A stretch of 63,997 nt of DNA, the filler included, from Basidioascus undulatus (Eukaryota): assembly GCA_000826855.1 (NCBI GenBank). It is 8 parts of 8 records of this genome, joined end to end, with 100 filler letters (N's around TTAATTAATTAA, not from the genome) between each part and the next. Parts side by side here need not be neighbours in the genome. Positions count along the whole stretch, not along the records: positions 1 to 26,188 come from JTLS01000194.1; 7 more parts are not named here. One strand, given 5' to 3'. A model generated the notes under the pieces. The model saw nothing but the letters and a program-made list of their open reading frames with translations. It was not told where the DNA came from and searched no databases. Both the position numbers and the translations under genes were made by a program. Positions 1 through 10,916 of this stretch are shown piece after piece (positions within the stretch are counted from its first letter, which is position 1; every line of letters begins with the position of its first letter).

Positions 1-193
1 CTTTCCGTCGATCGAGAAGTTGAAGGTGATGCCAAAGCTCGACGATTGGTGGGGCTGGTTGAGGGAGCGGAATGATAGCGCTGGTCTGGGTACATCGACA
101 CGCCTGAGGATCGGCACTTTTACTTCTCGTAAGCTCTTTCTCATCCCTTAGAGCTCATGGACTTAGGATCGCTGATAGGGAGGGGGTCGACAG

Positions 194-2603
194 GTTCTGG
201 GCCTCCCGCAACGACCCCGTCAATGACCCCGTGCTCGGCTGGCTCAACGGCGGACCCGGCTGCGCGAGCAGCACAGGTAGGGATGCCCGCGAGCTGATAC
301 TTGTCCGTCCCGCTCAAAATGGTTTGGATTTGGGTTCGCAGGGCTTCTGATGGAGCATGGCCCGTGCCGCGTGACGGAGAACGGCGACGGGCTGGTGGAC
401 AACCCTTACAGCTGGTATGTCGGTGGGCGGCCAGGGCGGCCAGGGGACCCTCATCTACTGGACAGCGCGCTGACGACTGCTTGCTTGCGAATGCAGGAGC
501 TCGAACGCGAGCGTGATCTACTTCGAGTGCGTATCACCTGCAAGCCTGCGCACTGAGGAAGCCAACTGATTGGGTCGCGCACAGCCAACCCGTCGACGTC
601 GGGTACTCCTACTCGTCCCGGCGGGGCGACCGCGGCGTGTGGTCGACTGAGGCCGCGATGGTCGACTTCCACGCGTTCGTCTCCATCTGGATGGGCGCGT
701 TTGCCGAGACGTACGGGAAGAAGTGCGTGCCTCGTCTTTATTCCCCGGTCTGCTTGCATGTGCAGCTGGCTTATTCGCGTGTGGCCTGCGCACAGCGACT
801 TTCACCTCTCTGGCGAGAGCTTTGCTGGGCGTTACATCCCGCTGTTCGCAGGTGCGTTTAATGGGCTGATGTGCAGTAGACGACTGGCGACTGAAGGGGG
901 GCTGCGACAGACTACATCATGAACCAGAACAAACTCGCGCTCGCTGAGCCGGAGAAGGAGCTGCCCGTCATCAACTTGAAGACTGTCGCTGTGCGTCCGA
1001 GTGTCCACTACAAGCATGGCCGTCAGCATTACTGACAGTCATCCCCTTCGGACAGATCGGCAATGGTTTCACGTGCGTCCTCAGACTCCTGGGTCGCAGC
1101 TGTTGAGCCTGACTCTCCTGTTCCGATTCAGCGACCCGCTTCTCCAACATCAGTCGTCGATCCCGATGGCGTGCACCAACACGTCCGGTGCGTATGCCGT
1201 TTAATGCACAGACGAGACCCGCACATCTGACTGACATACACTGCATCCCTGCAGGGTACGGACCGTTCCTCGAGGAGGCGACGTGCGACAAGATGCGGGA
1301 CAACCTGCCGCGCTGCATCCAGCTCCAGCAGTCGTGCTACAACAACCCCAAGAACACGCTGGCTTGCATTACCGCCAGCGAGTTCTGTGAGCGGTGCGTC
1401 TTGGAGGGTCTTACGCAGTCTGCGGCGATGCCTGATGCTTCCGGCGCGCTTGCAGGACTCAGGGCGGCCCGTACTATGAGACTGGTAGGCCTCTTGATTG
1501 CTTGCACAGCCGTATGTGGGCTAATTAAACACGGACGACTACAGGCCTTTCTCCGTATGACATTATCAAGAAGGGTGAGCCTTTGCGAGCTCTGCGTCCC
1601 GCATCCTTACTCGTAGGCTGACTGGGATTCGGCAGGTGATTACGAGGTACGCTACAAGCTCCAACTAGAGGATTGAGATTGAGGATTCACGAATGACTTG
1701 ATTGCAGATTGACGACTGGATCGACACCTTCCTGAACCGCGCGGATGTTCGGCACGAGCTCGGTGCGCACCGACCCAGAGCTCCGCTCGCTCCCTCACGC
1801 TAACCGTATCTCCCCCTGCAGGTGTCGACTCCGAGGAGAACGGCGGCGTTAAGAAGTTCACCGGGTGCTCCAACTCGGTCGGCTTCCGCTTCTCGCTGAC
1901 GGGCGACGGTGCCAAGCCGAGCTACCAGCACGTCGCGAACCTGCTGGACGCGGGCGTCCCCGTGCTCGCATACATCGGCAAGCGCGATGTGAGTAATGGG
2001 TGTTGTGTCTCCCCTCGCGATCTGGTTGCTCATCGACGCGAATGTGGATGCGGCGCAGTTCATTTGCAACTAGTGAGTTTGCACAGGTTGAGGGTCTCAT
2101 TCGCGCCCATCGACTGACGAGCTTTACTTGGCCCTCAGCATTGGCAACGAGATGCTCTACGATGCGCTGGAGTGGTCGGGCAAGGCTGGCTTCAACAACG
2201 CGACGTGCGCAAAATCTTCCAGCTGCCCCTCCCCTCCGTTTCGCTGATCCTTGCACGGCCCATGTACAGCACGGTCCACTGGTTCGGCTCCGACCCTCCC
2301 GTCCGGCCTGAGGACACCAAGGCCGGCTCTTACCGCACCTATGGCAACCTGACGTTCGCAATCGTTGACGAAGCCGGACACGTGAGCAGCGCATCTCACC
2401 TCTGCTTCCAGAGTTACAGCGCTGACGCCGGCGTATCCGCGCAGATGGTGCCCTATGACCGGCCCGCTAACTCGTGCGTCTTCCTTTCCCCTCGCACTCT
2501 TGACCGCTCTTTGTCTGACGCCCTCTTGCAGGCTTGCGCTGATCATTACTTGGCTCCACGCCAAGCACGACGGCAAGAACGTCCCGCTGCAGAGCTTGGC
2601 TAG
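194..2603 (+). CDS. Serine carboxypeptidase, S10 family (CPY-like), multi-exon, 5' part outside window
   Basis: Spliced exons give [52 protein letters not shown] (catalytic Ser), INLKTVAIGNG, GKRD-FICN (Asp) and [20 protein letters not shown] (His). Stop TAG at 2603. Confidence 0.93.
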
Positions 2604-2964
2604 CAAGCCGTAGGATGTTTACTCTTCATTCTTCCTTCAAGACAATGGACGGACCTGCTTGGGAATGGAGCTAGATGGGGATACAGTCTTTCTATACGGA
2701 CTTGGATTTTTGAGACGTTTATTGCGGTCATACATGGAATGGTGTGATAGGGGTCGATGGCATGCGGTCCGAGTTGCTTTCGAGTCTGATATGAGCAAGC
2801 TCACAGCGGCGTACTCAACGTGGGAAGACTCGGTCTGCTGGACCGCCATGTCTGCAACGGGTTGCAGCGGCAGGCGTGAGGCAAAATGTGTGTCAATGTT
2901 AAGAGGTACAGGCCAATGCATAAATAAGAAGAGAATAGATGTCCTTTGCACGTTGCAGATCCGT

Positions 2965-4644
2965 ACGTGCCACTGCAGCGGTTGTTCGTCAGTGATTGGA
3001 ACGAGATTGAACGGAAAAAGAAGCTCGACGCACATCTTGACGCTCTGGATGGCCAGTCCGCGTTCCTTGTGATCCATCGGCCACGTGGGGTACCACTGCC
3101 AGGATCATTCAGTCAGCGTGAAGGCCAATCTCATTAAGAGGTTTATTTTTTCTCAACCGCCTTACCTTGTCCTTAGCGCCCCAGAAGTCTGCCATCGCCG
3201 TCATAGAGGTGTCAATCCATGGCGTCCCGCCCACGCCGTCGGGGAACCACCCGCTCGTGCAGCCCACGGCAACGTCGAGGATCAGATAGAACGCTGAAGA
3301 TGATTGTCAGTGTCTTGATCGAAAGCATCACAGGGGCGGGCATGAGCGCACGTTGGTTGAAGGGAGCCGACTTGGCCGATTGCGCGCCCCACGGGTTGGT
3401 GAGCTTGATCTGAGGAAGAGGCAATTCCAATCGAATTAGGAGAAGCACTCGATAGTATCCGCCGCGGTGCCACCGTACCTGGTCAGAGTCATCTGCAGGA
3501 GCGCGTGAAGCAGCGTCAGTTGCCGAATAGAAGCAGTGAAAGCCATGGCGTGTCAAAGGCTCACTCGTGATACTCTCGGGGAACCTGCCGCGGTCCCACA
3601 TCATCTGGTCGAAGTTGACGCTCATGATCTGGCTGACCTTGTTGTCGACGTATCTACAAGTCGCTCCGTCGAGTCAGCGTGAGCACGCGAGAATGGGGAA
3701 GTGCGAAGGGAACAGGGAACGGGAACACACGTCATGACGTATTTGTCTGTCCACTCAAGGCCGTACATCCGGAAGCCCTTTTTGTAGAACTTCTGACGCT
3801 GGCCGCGGAAACCCCACGTCCAGAAGTAGCGGTCGAGCAGGGCAGTTGGGCCTGGACGGCGTAGGAGTGTGTGTTAGCATAAGCAGGGTAAGTACGAAAA
3901 ATCATGACGATGGGACTTACCCCAGTATAGTGCCGAAGTCACGTAGTCGTACCCGTGGTTGGAGTAGCTCGGGCCGTTCCCCCTCGACTCGACGATCTAC
4001 GACCACGTTACATGTCAGCCTGCACCGTCGAATTGGCTTCCTGAAACGGACCGTGCGCACGTTGATCTCTCCAGACTTGGTCCAGACACCGTACGATTCC
4101 CTCACAGGGAGCATCCACTGAAAAAGTGCGACAGGGGTCAGCGTCTTCCAATGCATTCAAGGTTGCAGCGGGCACGCACGATCGCTGGCCACATCCAGTC
4201 ACCGGTCGGCATCTTGGCCACGATCTCGACCTTGCCGTACTTGATCTGCCGGCTCAGCTTGGTCGTGAGACGCGCCGACTGGATCGGGTTGACGATGGTG
4301 CCGGCTGTGGCATTCCTGTATGATTTCAAGCGGGGCACTCCGTCAGACGAGAGTTGGGGGCAGGAGACTAAGTCGAGGGGGAAGGGGCGGCTTACGAAGA
4401 GATATAGCAGTCAGTTCCGTTCGGACCGGTGCATTGGCCGGTGGCAGTCAGGTTGAGCGTGTACCCGTCGTAGATCGCGATCACGTTGGCGGTTAGGGTG
4501 GGGACAATGTACAGCGTGCCGTCCTCGACGAACCTGGCGCGAAGAGAAAGTACAGCGTCCGTAAGCTCGCATCATTGCAAACTAAGGTTAGGCAAAAATC
4601 GACCTACGAATTTTTGGGGCTGTCGGTAGTCCACTGGAACTCGC
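2965..4644 (-). CDS. GH16 beta-1,3-glucanase / beta-glucan-binding-type protein, N-terminus apparently missing and possibly decaying; 3' end approximate
   Basis: In-frame spliced exons GEFQWTTDSPKNS, FVEDGTLYIVPTLT, NPIQSARLTT..KYGKVEIVAKMPTGDWMWPAI, WMLP..SGEIN|IVESRGN, YGLEWT, APFNQ|FYLILDVAVG..GWFPD and WYPTW. Confidence 0.85.
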
Positions 4645-4808
4645 CTTGACACTCCTTAGTCTTAGCCTCGGCAGTGCGTGCGCGTAAACAACATAACTGG
4701 AGACATGGGTGTGCGGTATCGATGCAAGATGCAACCAACTAGAAGTACAAGCAAGATCGAAACGGAGAAGCAGGAAGGGGAACAGAGAGCCAAAACAAGA
4801 CGGAACAA

Positions 4809-7800
4809 TCAGGGCATCCACGACACGTACTGCAACGACGCGTAAGTGCCTCCCGCCTTCTTCTCCTTCGCCGCCGCATCCCCACCACCGGCACCACTAC
4901 TGCTGGCGACGCTCACGACGCTGCCCTTCCTATCTTTATCCAGAAGGCTCGCTCCCAACCCAAGATTCAAGTTAAGGTGTTCCAGCTCGCGCAGGAGCCC
5001 GCCGAGCGTGCCAGGCCGCCGCCTGCCGCTCATCGTCTCGCCGTCGGCGCCCGGGGGCACGCCGAGCTCGGCGTCGAACGCGCGCGCGAACTGCGAGTAG
5101 TCGGACCGCTGGAAGAGGTACGGGCGGAGGAGCGTCGGGTCGATCCGCCCCAGCGCGGGGTCCTCGCGCATGTACGAACGCAGGACCTCGGGCCGCACGA
5201 TGAACAGGTTCCCGAGCTGGCGGAGCATCTCGAAGCGCGTGTTGAGGACGGGGAGGTTGAAGCGCGCGATGGTGTCTTGGTAGAGCGCGATGTCCCTATG
5301 CAAGTTTGAGGTTCAGCATCCAGCAAGCTCATATCGAGTAGGTTGTGCGAAAGGAGAAACGTACTTCGTGAGCATGAGGCCACCAGTGGGATTGACGGGA
5401 AACTTCTTGAGGTGATCGAGCAGCAGTCTGTAGCATCGAATGAATCAGCGAGCGAGCCAATGACCAGAACAACCAACAGCCGACGAACCCATGGAACGCA
5501 ACACCGATCTCGAGCAGGAACCCTTCGAGGTTTTTCCCACTCAAGCTTGTCTCAGCCGCCTCGCGGACGTGGCCGATGAACTCGCAGCACGCGAGACACG
5601 GCTCAGTGTTGATGCGCGCGAACGACTGCTCGTCGTTCTTGGGCTTGAAGTCCGTCTTCTTCTGCTTGCTGAGCTGGAGCGAGAGGTACGAGATAATCGC
5701 TGTATCGCGTACGCAAGCGTGTCAGCGCTGTTAAGGCGAGCCAGGCAGAAAAGATGCACGATAAGCGCACCATCTGTCGTCTTCTGCACGAATGAGTTGA
5801 TCTTGCCCTCGAGCCGGACGAGATTGTGGTTGCTGAAGAGCGTCATCTCGCGGCGGACGGTGACGGCCGTGCTCGCGAGCGGGAGGATCGCGGTTGACGC
5901 GTACCGCAGCCAAAGCTGCGTGACCATGTCGCCCGGGCGGACGACCGAGAGCAGGCTCAAGTCCGGCTCGGCCTTGCCGTCATACTTGCCGATCTTGTCG
6001 AGAGCACTGCAGATCTATCGACGTATCAGTATTCGGCACGAAGAGATGTGACGCGATCCGAGCGACGTACGTGTCCACCGCCGTCTCGACGTATGATCGC
6101 CCGATGGCCTCAGCGAGCGTTCGCAAGAGGGAAAACGAGTTCTTCGGCCTGGCTCCTCCCCCGTCAGCACGCTCGCTACACACCCCTTCCACCCTCAATC
6201 GTCGAGCCCGCAACTCACACCTCGCCCGAAGCGCTCAGATCAACACACCGCCCCACCGCCTCCGCGTGCCACTTGAGCATGCGCTCCGCCGCCGCGACGC
6301 TGAGCTCGCCGTCCGACGGGTCGATGTCGTCCACGGACGCGTTCTTGTCTGTGAGCCCCGAGAGCTTGAGCAGCGCCGCGGCGGCCGCGGACGACTGCGT
6401 CGAGGACGGGTTCGGGTTGTTTGCAGCGGCGGTGAGCTGGTTGACGACGCGGTCGAAGATCGTCGAGGACTTGATCTTGTGCGTCGCTTCCTGCTGGATT
6501 AGGCATCATGCGAGTGTCAGAAAAGGCAGCAGTGATGAAACGACGGGAAGACAGACATGGTACTTCGTGAACTTGAGCAAGTAACTCGCATACAGCTCCG
6601 TCAAGTTCTTGCTCTCCATGTCCAGGTACCGCATGCCCTCCATGTATGGCACGAACAGCTCGTCGAGCGCCTGGTCGAGCATCGCCGTCAGGCTGCCGCT
6701 CGCGCCGGCGATCGCGGCGGCAGCAGCAGTGGACGCCGCGGTCGCTGCGGACGTGGAGGACGACGACGCCTGAGGTGCGCTGAGCGAGTCGTACGCTTTC
6801 AGGTCCTCGACGAGCGAGGCGGTTGCGGTGCGCGCGAGGTGCAGGACGCGGAGGAAGGCGAGGGTCGAGACGGATTGGGCTTTGGAGATGAGGGACTCGA
6901 TGTAAGATTGGATCTGCCTCAAGCGTTAAACATGTCAGACAGCGTTAGGGATGGGTGGTGGGTGAAGGTAGGCACTGACCGACTGCGCAAAGACACGCTG
7001 CAGGAAGTGCTGCATGACGACGACGGGGTTCGGGAAGACGGCCTGGATGATCTGCGCCTCCTGCTCTACTGTCGCGCGGATATCGGCAAACAGGCTCGCC
7101 AGGCCCGGCTCGCTTCGAGGGGGTGGGTCGTCCGGCGATGCGAGGGTGTCCCACCTGCAGGCAATTGCGTCGGCGCAGTGCTCAGGTTAAGAGTGGAACG
7201 AGGGACAGACGCACATGGAACCCGCCTCGACCGATTCTACGCCGATGCGGTCTTTGGAAATGAAGAAGTCGTGCTGGTTGACGTAGATGTTGACGCAGGA
7301 GTTGCCGCCGTTGAAGGCGAGCAGCGTTTGGGCGCAGTGCTGTGGTCCGCATTCCTATCAGCTTCAACATCAAAAGCTGCGCACATGGAGTAGACAGCAC
7401 TCACCGCCATCATCTTCGGGTCTCCCTTCCTATACGAGCGATCGAACAAGCGGAGCATGTCCTTCTCGAACCGCTCGCAGTACTTCTCGATCGTATCCCT
7501 CGTCTGTCCTCCCCTCCTCCCTCACATCAGCGTCACGTCCAACGCCTTCGCTCTCATCCAGCGGCGCGCAGCACGCACCTCCTCAGCCCCAGGCAGGTCC
7601 ACGACGCCCGCGATGACACCCAGCCGGCGGAGGAGGACCGCGCACTTCATGCGGCCCTCGCGCCCCGCCTTGCGCAGCTCCTCGAGCCGCGTCGTGTCCC
7701 CACGCGAGAGCTCGTTGTAGTACTCGATCAGGTCATGCGCCGCCGCGGCGCGCGTGCGCTGCCGAGAGACAGTCTCGAGCTGCTCGCCTGTGCGCCCGGA

Positions 7801-8435
7801 GAGGAGTCAGCTGGAGATGGATGAAGGGTGAAATGCGCGGGCAGGCACACCGATTCGGATGGCTGTCCGTCCGACTTCGCTTATTCGATTCTCGAGCGAG
7901 AGGAAGGACGTCCCTACCGCCTGTTACGCCAAGTACTGCTCAGCCACTACAGATCGCAAGCTAGGCGGAAGAACGCACCTCGAAGTTCCTCCCCAGCTCC
8001 TTCGTCCGCTTCGTATACTCGCGCTCTGCGGTCTTGACCATCTTGTCAAGCTTCTCCTCCTTCGCCTGGACATCCTTGCGGATATTGATGAGCTTCGACA
8101 CGGAGGTCTCGAACTGTCGGATGAAAGGCAGTGGGTCGAAAGCTGGCTCCCGTCCTCCTCGTCAGCTGGTTCATGACAATTTACAACAAGTGAAGCCAAC
8201 TCACGTCCCGAGTCCCCCTTCGACTGAGCAATGAGTTTCTCCGACATAGACCCCATAAAATCCCGAATGTTGAAGTTGTTTGCCTGCCCCGCACATCATA
8301 TAAGCTCCACCGGTCATTGAAGCTGCCGAGTGGGCACACCCCGCCCACCTCGAACGTGCTGAGCTGGAGGAGCTCGTCCACGGCCGGGTCGAGCGGGAAG
8401 AGCTCTAGCGGCCCATCCTGACCGCCTGAGGCCAT
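4809..8435 (-). CDS. SEC10: Exocyst complex component Sec10 (EXOC5), multi-exon
   Basis: Motifs IEKYCERFEKDMLRLFDRSYRKGDPKMM, FNGGNSCVNIYVNQHDFFI, GKNLEGFLLEIGVAFH and HLKKFPVNPTGGLMLTK-DIALYQD..FEMLRQLGNLFIVRPEVL. ATG 8435, TGA 4809. Confidence 0.95.
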
Positions 8436-8634
8436 CGTGCGAGGCTGGAGTGGTTAAGGATGAAGAGGCCAAGCTGCGAGAAGGTCAAGGTCAAGTCGCG
8501 TCGCAAGGGGCTGAGGTTCGCGCCCGAGCGCGTCAAGTGAGCTTGCGCTCCTTCGTCATTGCCCTCGCGACCTCGGCTCTTGTACTTCCGCATCCAGGAA
8601 AAGCACTCCTTCTCTTTCGGTCCCTTTACACAAT
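8436..8634. promoter_or_regulatory. Short (199 bp) divergent intergenic region, probable bidirectional promoter
   Basis: ATGs of SEC10 (8435, minus) and the ubiquitin-fold gene (8635, plus) face away from each other. Confidence 0.55.
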
Positions 8635-9218
8635 ATGGTACGCCTGCGCCTTAAAATCAGTCTGAGAACGGCGCATGCTAAACGACCGAACGCAGCCTCC
8701 CAAATCGAGCACGATCCACCTCTCGATCAAGTCCCACCGGACGTCCGTCTTCCTCACCGTGCCCACATCCACCACCCTTGGCGCCCTCCGCGAGACGTAC
8801 CTCTCCGCGCTTTCCTCCTTCGCCGATACGCCAGCGTACCCGACCCCCGCCGCGTCCGCGACCCCCGACGACGTGCGCTTCCACAGGGGCAAGCGCGCCG
8901 GCGGTGCGCCCGAGGGCGCGTGGGAGTTTGAGCGCATCGATGGCGGTGCGAGCCTGGCGAGCCTGGGGCTGAGGGACTATGATGCGCTATTTGTGGGCTG
9001 GAGGAATCGCGAGAGCGGTGCGTCTGTGCTTGGGTCGCGCTGGATGTGGACGGACGGTGCTGACCAGCTGGAGGCGGCACACAGGAGAGTGGGAACAGGT
9101 GGACGTCACTGTGCCTTCGTTGGATCAGGAGGACGAGGTTGAGGGCGGCGAGGGCGAGGGCGAGGAGGATGACGAGGTGGAGATCATCGACAAGAAGGGC
9201 AAGGGGAGGGCCCAATAG
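8635..9218 (+). CDS. Small ubiquitin-fold protein with acidic tail, Elongin-B-like
   Basis: ATG-only exon 8635-8637, introns 8638-8695 and 9018-9084 (GT..AG, frame preserved). Protein [76 protein letters not shown] followed by an E/D-rich tail. Confidence 0.7.
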
Positions 9219-9386
9219 ACCACCGACACTTCCTGCTGCCTCGAACAGAAAGGATGGCCTGCGTCATCGTCCAACACCCCCTGACGGCAGCACCACCAAC
9301 AGCAACGATGTCCGAGCGCAAGTCCAATGTGTATCCTCTCTCTACCACTCGCCTCCAGCCTGTACACCGCGTCCACCCGCACGCGC

Positions 9387-10134
9387 TTAGCCCACAACCT
9401 CCGTCTGCCAGACACTGCTCGTGGCGAATCCTGACGGCGCAACGGGATCAACCTGCAGCGGGGGCAAGTAAGATGTCAATGACTGGCGTCAGTAGGTGTT
9501 TCATTCGGAGGTTGAGTGCGCTGTGATCTGAAGCGAGGTAGGGAGCACCCGGGAACTCAACCAGCGCATACCCAGCCAGCAACCCTGTGGTACCAACACG
9601 ATTCTGCAATGCTCCGCAGTGATGCAGAGTATGACCCCCACCACCCAACTCTCGTAACCTGCCTACCGTGCCGCTGCGGTTGCCCCCCATGCTCGACCCA
9701 GACGCGCGAGCAGAACGCATGCTCCTCCCAACCCTCCGCACACATCCCTCTGCCCTGCCCCACTCCTCTCGCCTAAACAAAGCGCTCAAACTCACCCGTT
9801 GCCCGCGCTTGCTGCCCGTCAACCGCTCGTCCCGCTCCAGCAAGTACTCCTCGAACCGGTCAATGTGGTAGCGAGGCGGCTGTTCCCGGGCCCCTCACCC
9901 GCATCAGCGCCCATCCCCATCCCATACCACACGACCCACATCCCCCTCAACCCACCTTGCCGTCGTTCTGCAGGCGCTTGAGCGCGTTGAAGCCCGTGCC
10001 GACCACGCCGAACATGACCGTCACGAGGCCTGCGATTCGTCCCCCGCAGAGTCAGCGTCGGGCTTTGCAGGCGGGTAAGATGCAGGGGAATCTGCCGGAC
10101 CGAAGGGGATGAGAGCTTCGAAGGGGACGGGCAT
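9387..10134 (-). CDS. NDUFA1: Mitochondrial complex I accessory subunit NDUFA1 (MWFE/NIMM)
   Basis: Four exons: MPVPFEALIPFG|LVTVMFGVVGTGFNALKRLQNDGK|PPRYHIDRFEEYLLERDERLTGSKRGQR|VDPVAPSGFATSSVWQTEVVG*. This matches the fungal MPVPFEAL..ERDxRLTG pattern. Confidence 0.92.
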
Positions 10135-10916
10135 GGTGAGTCCGTGAGATGCGCGAGCGGGGAAGGAGGTGTGAGTGGTTGAGGGTGGAGAGCACGGAAG
10201 GGGCTGCGCGAGAGTCGGTTGGGCGGGGTGCTCCCGCGGACGATGGCCGGACGCAAGCTGAGGTAGTCGACCAAAGTCGACGAATCCTGGGCTTGGTTTT
10301 GACGCTTTGCTTCATGCTCTCAAATGCTCTTGTTGGCCTCCTCAAATTGAGCGAGTGCGAATGGCGTGTAGCTAAAAGCTACATCCTACATCGTAGGCCA
10401 TCCATGCAGCCTTAAGCGAGCAGGACATGCAAGGCAATGCAAGATGGGGGCGGACGGTGCTCACCCTCGTCTCATCCCTCGTCTCATCTAAAGCGGTATA
10501 TAAGGCCGCCGATGACCTGTCGAAGACCGTTGGGCATATATAAATAACGATTTACCTCTCTTGGCGGCCGACACTCGACGCGTCCGGTTCTAGTTAATCT
10601 TGAGTCTCCCTTGTTCTCCCTAGCTCCAACCCGTCAGGCTGTGGCATTGACCAGCTCCGGATCCGTCTCCGTGCTCACGCACCAGCTCCCTTGTCATGAT
10701 TTCCACCTTGCATTTTGCTCCCGCTCGTACTTGCTCGTATGAAAACAGCTCACAGAGTCGTTTAGGCTCCCAGGTACCCGTGTAGTCCCGCTGCGCCCCT
10801 CCGCTCATTCTCTGGTCCTTGAGAGACCTATGAAGAGCCGCCTCGTCGAGCATGCTCAGCTTCTCTATCTCTCACTTCCACTCAGTCCCTCCTCAGGCCC
10901 GTCCGGAACGGCCACA

